Part shown: positions 36,760-46,284 of the stretch, one piece after another
Numbering within the stretch: position 1 is the first letter of the stretch
Layout: each line of letters opens with the position of its first letter
NCBI GenBank assembly: GCA_009787085.1
Contig: WRGR01000039.1
Coordinates: forward strand, 1,105 to 65,104
Length of the DNA stretch: 64,000 bases
DNA from: Actinomycetes bacterium
GTDB lineage: Bacteria > Actinomycetota > Coriobacteriia > Coriobacteriales > UBA8131
Direction: 5' to 3'
Notes under the pieces: generated by a model
Databases searched by the model: none
Told to the model about the DNA's origin: nothing
Seen by the model: only the letters and a program-made list of their open reading frames with translations
Translations under genes and position numbers: made by a program

Positions 36760-36903
36760 TCTGCTTTTAAGTTGCTGGTGGGGGGATACGGCAGTATCAA
36801 GGCTTCGACGATTGGGCGAAAGATGCAGAAAACTGCAAAAGAAGCCCTGATTCCAAGGCTTCTCGGGTTTAGTGGAATTCTATCAATTCCACTGTGTTGT
36901 TTT

Positions 36904-36980
36904 TGGTAGCCCGTACGGGATTCGAACCCGTGATCTCCGCCTTGAGAGGGCGGTGTCCTCAACCGCTAGACGAACGGGCC
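36904..36980 (-). tRNA. tRNA-Glu (CTC)
   Basis: GGCCCGTTCGTCTAGCGGTTGAGGACACCGCCCTCTCAAGGCGG...GGTTCGAATCCCGTACGGGCTACCA; CCA encoded. Confidence 0.97.
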
Positions 36981-37036
36981 TTTCAGCTCGTCTCTCCTGT
37001 TCGTTTGGCTTTGGCAGCCTGTCTGTCGGTCGTCTC

Positions 37037-37110
37037 TGGCTGGGGTGGAAGGAGTCGAACCCTCACTGACGGAACCAGAATCCGCTGTCCTACCATTAGA
37101 CGACACCCCA
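37037..37110 (-). tRNA. tRNA-Gln (CTG)
   Basis: TGGGGTGTCGTCTAATGGTAGGACAGCGGATTCTGGTTCCGT...GGTTCGACTCCTTCCACCCCAGCCA. Confidence 0.97.
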
Positions 37111-37244
37111 ACATCAAGCAATGTGCCAAAGCACGATCTAGGAGCGCAAGGAGATAGGTTACCAAACAATCGCTCGCCGCGCAACCGACACGGCCAATTT
37201 TAAGCAGTATCGAAAGAATGTGCGAAAATGCCCGATGCATCGGA

Positions 37245-37275
37245 TTGACAAACAGCCCCCGCTAATTGTCATAAT
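37245..37275 (+). promoter_or_regulatory. Sigma70-type promoter for the aquaporin gene
   Basis: TTGACA (37245-37250), 19-bp spacer, extended -10 TGtCATAAT. Confidence 0.55.
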
Positions 37276-37308
37276 AGAACAGTAGAGGCTCTGTGTAACT
37301 GGAGCAGG

Positions 37309-37378
37309 AAGGGTCGGGCTGTCTTGGGTAACTATCTCGAATGGCCGAGGCAAGAGGCGGCAGTAGGCCCACGGGTTC
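37309..37378 (+). promoter_or_regulatory. Candidate riboswitch-like leader upstream of the aquaporin gene
   Basis: GGGC/GCCC stem stacked on TGTCTT/GAGGCG, with a CAGTAG bulge; ends just before the RBS. Confidence 0.4.
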
Positions 37379-37396
37379 AAAAAGGAGGACGTTTCA

Positions 37397-38095
37397 ATGA
37401 GTTTAGCAAGGAAGATGATCGCAGAGTTCGTAGGTACGCTGGTCTTGGTCTTCATGGGTTGCGGCAGCGCGGTGTTGCTGGGCTGTGATGTGCCCGGCGG
37501 ACATTTGGCGGTGGCGCTATGCTTCGGGTTGGCTATCGTGGCCATGGCCTATGCGATCGGCAATGTCTCCGGTTGTCATGTTAACCCGGCAGTCTCTTTG
37601 GCGCTGCTGCTAGACAAGCGCATCAGCATTGTCGATTTTGTCGGCTATGTTGTCGCCCAAGTCGTGGGAGCCATCGCCGGGGCCGGGCTGTTGAAGATGG
37701 TGGTCGGTTTCGGTGTGAAGGACCTCACCGGCGGGCTTGGCTCCAACGGTGTGGCGAGCGTTGGCGGTGCCGGCGGTGCCTTTGTGGTCGAGATCATCTT
37801 GACCTTTATCTTTGTCTTGACTATTTTGGCCGTGACATCTGATGAGAAAAAGAGCAGCGTGGCCGGCCTAGTCATCGGTTTGACCTTGGCTTTTGTGCAT
37901 ATCGTTGGTATCCCCCTGACTGGAACATCGGTCAATCCGGCAAGGAGCATCGGCCCAGCTTTGCTTTCCGGCAACGCGGCGGCGCTTTCTGACCTCTGGG
38001 TGTTCATTGTCGCCCCCTTGGTAGGGGCAGCGGTGGCTTTTGCGGTTTTCATGGTCTTCAAGCCGTTGATTGTCAAGAAGGAAGCCACCGAATAA
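37397..38095 (+). CDS. Aquaporin (MIP family, AqpZ-like)
   Basis: AEFVGT, SGCHVNPA, GTSVNPARS; 6 TM segments; RBS AAGGAGG. Confidence 0.95.
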   Translation: MSLARKMIAEFVGTLVLVFMGCGSAVLLGCDVPGGHLAVALCFGLAIVAMAYAIGNVSGCHVNPAVSLALLLDKRISIVDFVGYVVAQVVGAIAGAGLLKMVVGFGVKDLTGGLGSNGVASVGGAGGAFVVEIILTFIFVLTILAVTSDEKKSSVAGLVIGLTLAFVHIVGIPLTGTSVNPARSIGPALLSGNAAALSDLWVFIVAPLVGAAVAFAVFMVFKPLIVKKEATE

Positions 38096-38158
38096 CAAAG
38101 GCTGTCGAGTAACAAAGGCCATACAGAATAGGGCTATACTGAATAAGGCTACATTGAG

Positions 38159-38189
38159 GCCGGACTCCTGGGCCAGCGGGAGTCCGGCT
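38159..38189 (+). terminator. Hairpin after the aquaporin gene
   Basis: GCCGGACTCC-loop-GGAGTCCGGC followed by TGTT. Confidence 0.5.
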
Positions 38190-38266
38190 GTTGCCAAGCT
38201 AAAACGTCGGTTCATGATCGGCGTTGGGCGTTGAGGAAATACTAGTCATTAGGAGGTATAGCAGCT

Positions 38267-39619
38267 GTGGTCAATTCGACGGGGAAGGTGATCGGAGAAG
38301 AGCGTTATTTTCAACCGGAGATCGAGCAGATCGGCCGGTCGGAGCTGGAGGCCATGCAGTTGGAACGCCTACAGCGGACGGTGTGGGACTGTTGCCAAAA
38401 CGTTGCCTTCTACAAGCAGACTTTCAGTCAAGCCGGCATCAATCCCCGCTCCATAACGTCGTTGGCCGACTTGGCCAGTCTGCCATTCACCACCAAGCAG
38501 GACATGCGCGAGGCTTACCCCTTCAAGCTCTTTGCGATCGATCCTAAAAACGAGCGGGTGCAGCGCCTGCATGCCTCATCTGGTACTACTGGCAATGCTA
38601 CCGTAGTCGGTTATACGCAAAAAGACATCGATATCTGGGGGGACACTTTTGCCAGGGCAATTGCCATGGCCGGAGGTGGTCCAGATAGCATTCTTCAGGT
38701 GTCTTACGGCTACGGGTTGTTCACCGGTGGCTTGGGAGCACATGAGGGGGGCATTCGTATGCACTCCACCATCCTGCCGATGAGCTCGGGCAACACCAAG
38801 CGCCAAGTGCAGATGATGAAGGATTTCGATGTGGACATCTTGGCCTGTACGCCATCCTATGCCCTACTGATTGCCGATACAGCCATCGAGATGGGCTATG
38901 ATCCGGCCAACGACTTCAATGTCAGCGGTGCCATCTTGGGCGCTGAGCCCTGCTCTGAGGGCATGCGCCAAGACATCGAGCGCAAATTGGGCGTGAAAAT
39001 GGTCGACATCTACGGCCTTTCCGAGGTCATGGGGCCTGGCGTGTCCTGTGAGTGCCGCCATCAGACCGGGCTGCATGTGGCCGAAGACCACTTCATCATC
39101 GAAATCATCGACCCCAATACCTTGCAGCCGCTGCCGGACGGCGAGTGGGGCGAGGTGGTGTTCACCACGCTCTCCAAGGAATGCTCGCCGTTGATCCGTT
39201 ACCGCACCCGTGACATCTCGCGTATCGTACCCGGGGAGTGCCCCTGCGGGCGCACCATGCGCCGGATGGACCGCATCGCTGGCCGCACCGATGACATGCT
39301 GATTATCCGGGGCGTGAATGTCTTCCCCAGTCAGTTCCAGGAAGTGCTTGCCGGTTTTGAAGAACTGACAAGTTATTATCAGATCGTCTTGACCCGTGAA
39401 GGGCCGATGGACAACGTGACTTTGAAGGTAGAGACTGTCCCGGAGTTCCCCTTCGACCAAGTGCGCCTGATCGAGCAGTTGGAGCAGCGTCTGAAAGGCG
39501 AGCTGCGCAGCAATCTGCAGGTCAGTGTAGGTATTCGTGTGGTTGAGCCGAAATCCATCGAACGTTCGGAGGGCAAGGCCAAGCGGGTCTTAGACCTGCG
39601 TGACGAGCAAGGAGCCTGA
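38267..39619 (+). CDS. paaK: Phenylacetate--CoA ligase family protein (copy 1)
   Basis: HASSGTTG, YGYGLFTGG, TPSY, YGLSEVMGPG, RYRTRD, GRTDDMLIIRGVNVFP. Confidence 0.9.
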   Translation: MVNSTGKVIGEERYFQPEIEQIGRSELEAMQLERLQRTVWDCCQNVAFYKQTFSQAGINPRSITSLADLASLPFTTKQDMREAYPFKLFAIDPKNERVQRLHASSGTTGNATVVGYTQKDIDIWGDTFARAIAMAGGGPDSILQVSYGYGLFTGGLGAHEGGIRMHSTILPMSSGNTKRQVQMMKDFDVDILACTPSYALLIADTAIEMGYDPANDFNVSGAILGAEPCSEGMRQDIERKLGVKMVDIYGLSEVMGPGVSCECRHQTGLHVAEDHFIIEIIDPNTLQPLPDGEWGEVVFTTLSKECSPLIRYRTRDISRIVPGECPCGRTMRRMDRIAGRTDDMLIIRGVNVFPSQFQEVLAGFEELTSYYQIVLTREGPMDNVTLKVETVPEFPFDQVRLIEQLEQRLKGELRSNLQVSVGIRVVEPKSIERSEGKAKRVLDLRDEQGA

Positions 39620-39620
39620 G

Positions 39621-40043
39621 ATGATCGATCAAGTGACTGTTTTTTTGGAGAACTCTACAGGCCATTTGGCAGCGCTCTGCAAGGCGCTAGGCGATGCCGG
39701 TGTATCGATGCACGCCCTGACTGTGGCCGATACAGCCAGTTACGGCGTGGTCAGGATCATTGCCGATGAGCCGGCGCGAGCGTATGAGGTACTCAACGCC
39801 CAAGGTTTTAGGGCATCGCTGACCAAGGTCTATGCTGTGGAGGTGGCCGATGAGCCTGGCGGGCTGGCGAGGCTTTTGGAGTCGCTGGACACGGCAGACA
39901 TTAATGTAGAGTACGCCTATTGTTTTTCCACAAACGCCAACAAAGCCGTCGACGTTCTGCGCCTTAGTGCTGCTGAAGGGGCAGAAGAGGCTATTGCTGC
40001 TGCTGGATGTCGTCTGCTTACGCCTGATGAGCTTTATAGCTGA
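39621..40043 (+). CDS. ACT-domain protein (tandem ACT)
   Basis: QVTVFLEN..G.L, DEPGGL, INVEYAY. Confidence 0.88.
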   Translation: MIDQVTVFLENSTGHLAALCKALGDAGVSMHALTVADTASYGVVRIIADEPARAYEVLNAQGFRASLTKVYAVEVADEPGGLARLLESLDTADINVEYAYCFSTNANKAVDVLRLSAAEGAEEAIAAAGCRLLTPDELYS

Positions 40044-40116
40044 GCTTCGTTGCTGCCTGCTGGCCGGTCTGTTGTCGTTGTCGGCCACCTTGCCGGTTAC
40101 CGTATGATGGCGCAAG

Positions 40117-41448
40117 ATGGGCATCTGGTCTAAGGCTGTTAACATGATTCTTATGGCAATGAATCACAACAACAATCGCAAATGCCAGTGGCATCGCCCT
40201 CTGGCCCTGCTTTTAACTCTGCTTTTAGCGGTTTTCAGCTGCTTTGCCACTTCTGGCACCGTAACTTCTACTTCAGTTTTTGCCAAGGTATACTCCACTG
40301 ACCAAGTTGCTGGAGTGCCACTGGCTGACCGCCCGATCGACAAGACCCCGGACATTGAGGCGGAGTATGCTGCCGTCGCTACAGAGGACGGTCGAATACT
40401 CTGGGAGCGCGGCGGTACTGTCGAGGTACCGATGGCTTCCACTACCAAGATCATGACAGCCGTGGTGGCTTTGGAGCATGCCAATCTGGATAAGGAATGC
40501 CTAGTGACCCGAGGGGCATCGCAGATGCAGCCGACATCGGCACGCCTCAGACAGGGCGATGTGCTGACGCTGCACGACTTGTTGGTGGCGCTGCTTTTGC
40601 CTTCTGGCAACGATGCCGCCGTGGCTGTTGCCCAAAACATTGCCAGCACTGAAGCTGACTTCGTGGCGATGATGAACCAGAAGGCGGCAGAGCTGGGCAT
40701 GAAGCAGACCCATTTCCTAGATTCTTCCGGCCTGAAGGAGGAAAACCACTACACAACGGTTGAGGACTACCTGGTGCTGGCGCGTTATGCCATGCGCAAC
40801 CCCACTTTTGCAGCTATCGTCGGCACCAAACAGGCAACTCTGACTATCAATGGCCGTCAAGAAACCTATGTGAATACCAATCAGCTGTATAACATGACAG
40901 ACGGGGTGCTGGGGATCAAAACCGGCACCAACATCGATTCGGGTGCCTGTCTGGTGGCTTGCACCAAGCACAACAATACGGTCTACTATACGGTGCTCTT
41001 AGGATCGACCGAAGTGGCGCGCTATACCGATACGATGAGCCTGTTGAACTGGGCATATCAGCATTACCGGCCAGTTCAGCTGGTTACTCCGGACACCCAG
41101 GTCGCCGACCTCGGCCTGGCCAGCTGGATCGACCGCAGTGTTCCGGTGGCTGCCGCGGCCCCGGTGACTGTTAACGTTTTTGACTACGATGGTGCAATAA
41201 CCCAAGAGGTGGAGCTGCCGACTTGGATCGGCGGCATTGACCAAGGCCAGAGAGTGGGGCGAATCATTTGGAGCCAGAATAACAGCGTACTGGCAACCGT
41301 CGATCTGGTGGCCAAAGAGACCGTGCCTGCCCCCAACTTTTGGGAGGGCTGGCAGATTCGTTGGAGCCGCTTCCTAGGCATCTTCAGCGGTGCCCAAGAC
41401 CATGTTGGTAACCAAGTGCACCTGTCCGCGAATTTTGCTATGCCCTGA
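40117..41448 (+). CDS. D-alanyl-D-alanine carboxypeptidase (peptidase S11)
   Basis: Signal peptide, ASTTK (SxxK), SGN, KTG. Start uncertain (40117-40159). Confidence 0.9.
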   Translation: MGIWSKAVNMILMAMNHNNNRKCQWHRPLALLLTLLLAVFSCFATSGTVTSTSVFAKVYSTDQVAGVPLADRPIDKTPDIEAEYAAVATEDGRILWERGGTVEVPMASTTKIMTAVVALEHANLDKECLVTRGASQMQPTSARLRQGDVLTLHDLLVALLLPSGNDAAVAVAQNIASTEADFVAMMNQKAAELGMKQTHFLDSSGLKEENHYTTVEDYLVLARYAMRNPTFAAIVGTKQATLTINGRQETYVNTNQLYNMTDGVLGIKTGTNIDSGACLVACTKHNNTVYYTVLLGSTEVARYTDTMSLLNWAYQHYRPVQLVTPDTQVADLGLASWIDRSVPVAAAAPVTVNVFDYDGAITQEVELPTWIGGIDQGQRVGRIIWSQNNSVLATVDLVAKETVPAPNFWEGWQIRWSRFLGIFSGAQDHVGNQVHLSANFAMP

Positions 41449-41515
41449 GCTTCTGGTATCATGGGCATATAGATTGAGGGATCAAAAAAAACATCGAAGG
41501 TAAGGCTGTAACTGT

Positions 41516-41962
41516 ATGGATGAAACAAAGAAATGTCCCGTTTGCAAGGCCGATGTGGCGGCTGAGAGCCAAGTCTGTGAGCGCTGTGGCTTTCGTCTGA
41601 TTGGCATCACTGAGCCGCTCGGGCCGCTGGAGATCGCTGCAGGTGAAGAGGCTGACGCCGAACAGGTCTGCGGATCTCCGCATTTGACATTGATCAAAGG
41701 CCCGCTGAAGGGCGAGGTTTTCTATTTGGAGGTGTTCCCGGTGACCATTGGTCGGGATCCTAGCTGCGATATTTTCTTGAACAATATGACGGTTTCACGT
41801 CAACATGCCATTATGGAGCGACAGGCCGGGCAGGTAGTGGTGCGTGACAACCAGTCTTTGAACGGGACATGGGTGAATGGCAAGGTTGCTGACGAGGCCG
41901 TGTTGGCCGACGGCAGCTTGTTGCAGATCGGCACATTCGCAATGCGCTTTAACTGCAATTAG
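41516..41962 (+). CDS. Zinc-ribbon plus FHA domain protein (GarA-like)
   Basis: CPVC...CERCG; FHA motifs IGRDP, VSRQHA, SLNGTWVNG. Confidence 0.88.
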   Translation: MDETKKCPVCKADVAAESQVCERCGFRLIGITEPLGPLEIAAGEEADAEQVCGSPHLTLIKGPLKGEVFYLEVFPVTIGRDPSCDIFLNNMTVSRQHAIMERQAGQVVVRDNQSLNGTWVNGKVADEAVLADGSLLQIGTFAMRFNCN

Positions 41963-42109
41963 AGATGCGTCGTTCACTGTCCATCTAAGCATCGTGGGGG
42001 GTGCTTTGCGGAGCTTGTCAGCACCGCACCTTGGGGTTATGAGAAATAGCGGCTTCGGCAGATGTCCGGCAGCCAAGGGCTATTTTGACCACGAATAGAA
42101 TGGAGTGCC

Positions 42110-42520
42110 ATGAGTGTCAGTCAACTGAGTGTCTTCGCTGAGAACCAACCGGGTCGCCTGTCTCGCCTGACCGCCTTGTTGGAACGTGAGGCTATCAGCA
42201 TCAGGGGCTTTGCTGTGGCTGATACCGGCGATTTCGGTATCGTTCGACTCATCGTCGATGAACCAAAGAAAGCGCAGAGCTGTTTGCAGGCTGCCGGCTT
42301 TTTAGTTCAGGCCAACGATTTGCTTTGCTTGGAGCTGCCTGATGCCCCTGGATTTTTGAACCTGGTGGTCAGCGCGATGGCTGATGCCGAGATCAGCGTG
42401 GAGTATGGCTACTCGCTGGTTTCTACCTATGTGGTTTTTAAAGTCTTAGACGTGGCTTTTGCCGAACAACAACTGCTCAAGCAGGATATCCGGATCATCA
42501 ACCAAAGCGATTTGGTTTGA
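42110..42520 (+). CDS. ACT-domain protein (copy 2)
   Basis: QLSVFAENQPGRL, DTGDFGIVRL, DAPG, VEYGY. Confidence 0.88.
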   Translation: MSVSQLSVFAENQPGRLSRLTALLEREAISIRGFAVADTGDFGIVRLIVDEPKKAQSCLQAAGFLVQANDLLCLELPDAPGFLNLVVSAMADAEISVEYGYSLVSTYVVFKVLDVAFAEQQLLKQDIRIINQSDLV

Positions 42521-42541
42521 TGCATATTAAAGGTAAACACT

Positions 42542-43870
42542 ATGAACATCCAACAACGTGCCGCCCAACCGATATTCAACCCGAAATTTGAATGTGCCTC
42601 ACGCGACGAGATCCGCTGTTTTCAGCTTCAGGAGCTAAGAAAGCAGGTAGCTTGGGCCTATGAGAAAGTGGACTACTACCGCCAAAACCTTGATGCGGCG
42701 GGTATTGAGCCTGGCGACATCAAGGGTTTCGAGGACTTTAGCAAACTGCCGTTGACCGATAAGACGGCGTTGCGTGATAACTACCCTTATGGCCTGTTCG
42801 CGGTACCTCTAGATCAAATTATCCGCATCCATGCCAGCTCCGGTACCACTGGCAAGCCGATCGTTGTTGGCTATACCCGCCAAGATGTCGAAGAATGGCG
42901 TTACTGCATCATGGCTATGATTCAACAGGCTGGCGTGGTGCCGGGCGACCGTGCCCAGATGGCCTTCGGCTACGGCATGTTCACCGGCGGCTTCGGCCTG
43001 CATTACGGGCTGGAGGGGCTAGGCTGCATGATGATCCCGGCCAGCGCTGGCAACACCGAGCGCCACCTGATGATGATCGAGGACTACGGCACGACCGTGC
43101 TGGTGGCCACCCCCTCCTACGCCATGCATATCTGTGAGGTGGGGGAGGAGCTGGGCTTTGATTGGCAGAAGTCCACACTGCGGGTGGGGCTGTTCGGCGG
43201 TGAGCCCTGTCCACCGAAGCTGAAGTCGGAGATCGAGAAACGGATGTATATCACCTGCACCGATAATTACGGCCTGACTGAGGTGATGGGCCCTGGGGTT
43301 TCCGGCGAGTGCTTGACCAGCCGCGACCAACAGCACATCATGGAGGATCATTTTTATTGGGAGGTTATCGACCCGGAAAGCGGCGCGGTGCTGCCGGAAG
43401 GTGCCGAAGGCGAGCTGGTGTTGACGCCGCTGCAAAAACAGGGTGTGCCGCTGCTGCGCTACCGCACCCATGACTTGACCAGCGTCACCACGGTACCTTG
43501 CGGCTGCGGCCGGACGACGGCGCGGATGAACAAAGTGCGTCACCGCTCCGATGACATGCTGATCATCCGGGGTACTAATGTCTACCCGTCTCAGATCGAG
43601 GACGTGCTGGCCGACGTGGAAGGCGCCAGCGCCCATTACCGTCTGCTGGTGGACGATGAAACCGGCTTGGATCGCCTGACGGTGATGCTGGAGCTTCTGC
43701 CCTTTGCCTTCACGGATTCCTTTGCGGAAATGGAATCGTTCCGAGTGCAGGTGGCCGACAAGCTGAAGGGTGTGCTGCAGGTCAGCGTGGAGGTCAAGTT
43801 GGTGGAGCCGGGAAGCATCGAGCGGACAATGGGCAAGACCCAGCATCTAGAGGACAAGCGCAAGCGGTAG
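42542..43870 (+). CDS. paaK: Phenylacetate--CoA ligase family protein (copy 2)
   Basis: HASSGTTGKP, FGYGMFTGG, TPSY, YGLTEVMGPG, RYRTHD, DDMLIIRGTNVYP. Confidence 0.9.
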   Translation: MNIQQRAAQPIFNPKFECASRDEIRCFQLQELRKQVAWAYEKVDYYRQNLDAAGIEPGDIKGFEDFSKLPLTDKTALRDNYPYGLFAVPLDQIIRIHASSGTTGKPIVVGYTRQDVEEWRYCIMAMIQQAGVVPGDRAQMAFGYGMFTGGFGLHYGLEGLGCMMIPASAGNTERHLMMIEDYGTTVLVATPSYAMHICEVGEELGFDWQKSTLRVGLFGGEPCPPKLKSEIEKRMYITCTDNYGLTEVMGPGVSGECLTSRDQQHIMEDHFYWEVIDPESGAVLPEGAEGELVLTPLQKQGVPLLRYRTHDLTSVTTVPCGCGRTTARMNKVRHRSDDMLIIRGTNVYPSQIEDVLADVEGASAHYRLLVDDETGLDRLTVMLELLPFAFTDSFAEMESFRVQVADKLKGVLQVSVEVKLVEPGSIERTMGKTQHLEDKRKR

Positions 43871-43963
43871 CTTTGGCCGGGGTCGGCCATGGTTTTGGAA
43901 AAGTAACTAAAATTAAACGAATAATTACAATAACAAAACATAGGTTGATGCCCTCCCCCATGT

Positions 43964-44455
43964 AAAATACAGGTCAAGGAGCTGTCGCGGGGGATGACGG
44001 TTAAGCTGCAGCTCGCAGTGGCTTTGTCCCACGCCGCCAGGATGCTAATGATTGACGAGCCGACCAGCGGCCTGGACCCGGTAGCCAGAGACGAGGTCTG
44101 CTATCTGCTGCCGGAGTTCGCCTCCGGCAAGGGCAAGGCTGTCATGTTCTCCACCCATATCACGTCGGACTTGGAGAAGGTCGCCGACCGCGTCGTCTTC
44201 ATCCTGAACGGCGGCATCGTCTGCGCCGGCGACAAGGACGCCCTGCTGGGCGGCTACGTGCTCGTCACAGGCAGCCCGGATGACGTCGATGCGGAATGCT
44301 CGAGGATGATCATCGGCTACCGTTGCCAAGGCCCCGCGTTCGAGGGCGTGGCCAGCGCCGCAGACGCCGGCAGGCCGGCCAAACCCGTTCAGGGAGTGCC
44401 CGCTCAAGAGGTGCTGGCACTAGCGGCTTTCTGGTCACCCTCGGAGGCACCGTAG
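43964..44455 (+). pseudogene. C-terminal fragment of an ABC ATPase
   Basis: Begins at KIQVKELSRGM (signature), IDEPTSGLD, FSTHITSD. No Walker A; an in-frame stop lies just upstream; overlaps the convergent gene. Confidence 0.75.
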
Positions 44456-46284
44456 AAATCCCATGTGCCTAGGCGCAGCTTGATCAAGACAGCGGTGTTG
44501 GGCAGTTTGCGGGTGTCGGCTCCATGGTAGTAAGACCCGAAGGGGCAACCTAAGACGCGCCAGTAGAGGGTCTTTTTTCCCTGAACGGAACGACCTTCGA
44601 TGTAGTGGTTGCCGAAGCTGTCGGTGCCTTGGCCGGTGATGGCGCCGCCTTTGCCCGGCAGCCCTTGTTGCTCCAAGAGCCAACTCAGCTCGTCGTCCAA
44701 CCCGGACGATGCCATATTCACGTACTTCAGCTGCAAGTACGCGCCTTTGTTGCCGCTGGAGATGTCCAGCATCCAAGACCCCAACAACCTGTTCTGTAAG
44801 TCGTCGAAGCTGAAGCCGTTGAATTCGCTGCCGGTGTAGGTGGCCAAGTCGGCTTCCGTGCTGCCCTCCGGCAGGTGGACTATCTCCTTGCCAGTGGCGG
44901 TGGCATCGGGGTTGTCTGAGGTCTTACGGTTGTTCAAGGCCACTTTGACCTTTTCGCCTTGCAAGGCCCTGTAAGCTTTGTTGGCGTTGCTGGAACTGTA
45001 GGACAGCAATTTCGGAAGGCTTTGCAGGGCCGTACGGCTCTGCTCGCTGGTGATGGTCACGGGGCTTGAGACGAAGCCGCCATGGGCCAAGAAATTGATC
45101 ATCTGATAGCTGCCGAAAGCTCCACCCACTAAGGCCAAGGCGATGATCACAGCGATGATCAATGTGCCTAGGGGGTTGCGTAGGCGGGCGAAGCCGCCGC
45201 CGCGGATATGGTAGTCGGTGTCATGCATGGTGGCACGGCGGAAGCTGTTCGGGTCAGCATCTGACAAAGCGTTGGCTCTCCGCACCTTTCTGGTCTGTTT
45301 TTGTTGGCCACGAGCCTGCTTGCGAGCTTGGTTATACGAGGCATCGCGCTGCTTCTGACCCGTATCTGCCTGTCTCTTTCCAGACTTCGGCTTGTTTTGC
45401 CTAGCCTCTGGAGCTTTGGTTTCCACAGGATCTGCGGACTGGTTTTTATCAGCTACTTTTGGTTTGGCTGTCTGGGGCGCTACGGCTTCGGAGTCACTGC
45501 CTCGAGTCTCGGACACCTTGGTTTCTGCTGGCTCAGACGCGCTCGCGGCTAATTTGGCTGCCCGGCGCCTGGCCGCCCTAGACACGTTTGCTTCGGGGTG
45601 GCCAGGTGCCGGCTTGGTTGTCTGCGGCTTGGTCATCTCAGGAATGTCTGCTTCCGGGCTAGCTGCGCCAATCTCATCCGCTTCGTCTTTCCGAACTTCG
45701 GGTTTGGGCCTTGCCTTTCGCTTTCTGGCAGTCTCTGTTGCCAGAGGCCTGTCGGCATCCTTATCTGGCTGCGCTGGTGGCTGGTGGCGCTTTCCGTCGG
45801 CTTCCCCGAGCCAGTCGATGCCAGTGTTCTCATCCGGCTGTGTCGGCGGCTGGCGGTGCTGCCTCCTGCTGGCTTGCTCGGCTCCATCAGCCTCAATTCG
45901 CACCGCCTTTCGTGAACTGCGTTTGCTCATAGCGGCTTCGGCGGCGGCGGCGGCGCGTTGTACCCGTTCGTTGTTTGCGACTCGAGGTTCTTGTTGCCAT
46001 GTTCGTTCACCAATGCTCACCGTTGGCTCTTCAGGCTCGGAGGTCGGTTTGGTGTCTGTGGTAACCCGTTGTTTAGCGCTGTCCCGGGAGTCGGTTTCCC
46101 CTTCTAGAGCATGGACGGTGCCGGTTTCGGAGATAAAGTCGTTGTCGCGCAAAAAGTGATCTAGGTCAAAGCCATTGCTGGAGCTTTCAGCCAGATCAGC
46201 TTGGCCTGACATCGACACTGACTTGCGGTCTTGGTTTTTCGAGTCGTTCGGATCCGCGCCCTGGTTCATTGCTTCAAGTCTCAT
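44404..46284 (-). CDS. Hypothetical bitopic membrane protein with a roughly 360-aa charged disordered N-terminus
   Basis: Long ORF; one TM (GTLIIAVIIALALVGGAFG); globular-looking C-terminal domain. Confidence 0.7.
   Translation of the reverse strand: MRLEAMNQGADPNDSKNQDRKSVSMSGQADLAESSSNGFDLDHFLRDNDFISETGTVHALEGETDSRDSAKQRVTTDTKPTSEPEEPTVSIGERTWQQEPRVANNERVQRAAAAAEAAMSKRSSRKAVRIEADGAEQASRRQHRQPPTQPDENTGIDWLGEADGKRHQPPAQPDKDADRPLATETARKRKARPKPEVRKDEADEIGAASPEADIPEMTKPQTTKPAPGHPEANVSRAARRRAAKLAASASEPAETKVSETRGSDSEAVAPQTAKPKVADKNQSADPVETKAPEARQNKPKSGKRQADTGQKQRDASYNQARKQARGQQKQTRKVRRANALSDADPNSFRRATMHDTDYHIRGGGFARLRNPLGTLIIAVIIALALVGGAFGSYQMINFLAHGGFVSSPVTITSEQSRTALQSLPKLLSYSSSNANKAYRALQGEKVKVALNNRKTSDNPDATATGKEIVHLPEGSTEADLATYTGSEFNGFSFDDLQNRLLGSWMLDISSGNKGAYLQLKYVNMASSGLDDELSWLLEQQGLPGKGGAITGQGTDSFGNHYIEGRSVQGKKTLYWRVLGCPFGSYYHGADTRKLPNTAVLIKLRLGTWDFYGASEGDQKAASASTS

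Noticed and set aside
36132-36962. 276-aa minus-strand ORF as a real gene
   Set aside because: It runs through tRNA-Glu and AT-rich DNA; only about 36385-36629 resembles a protein family.
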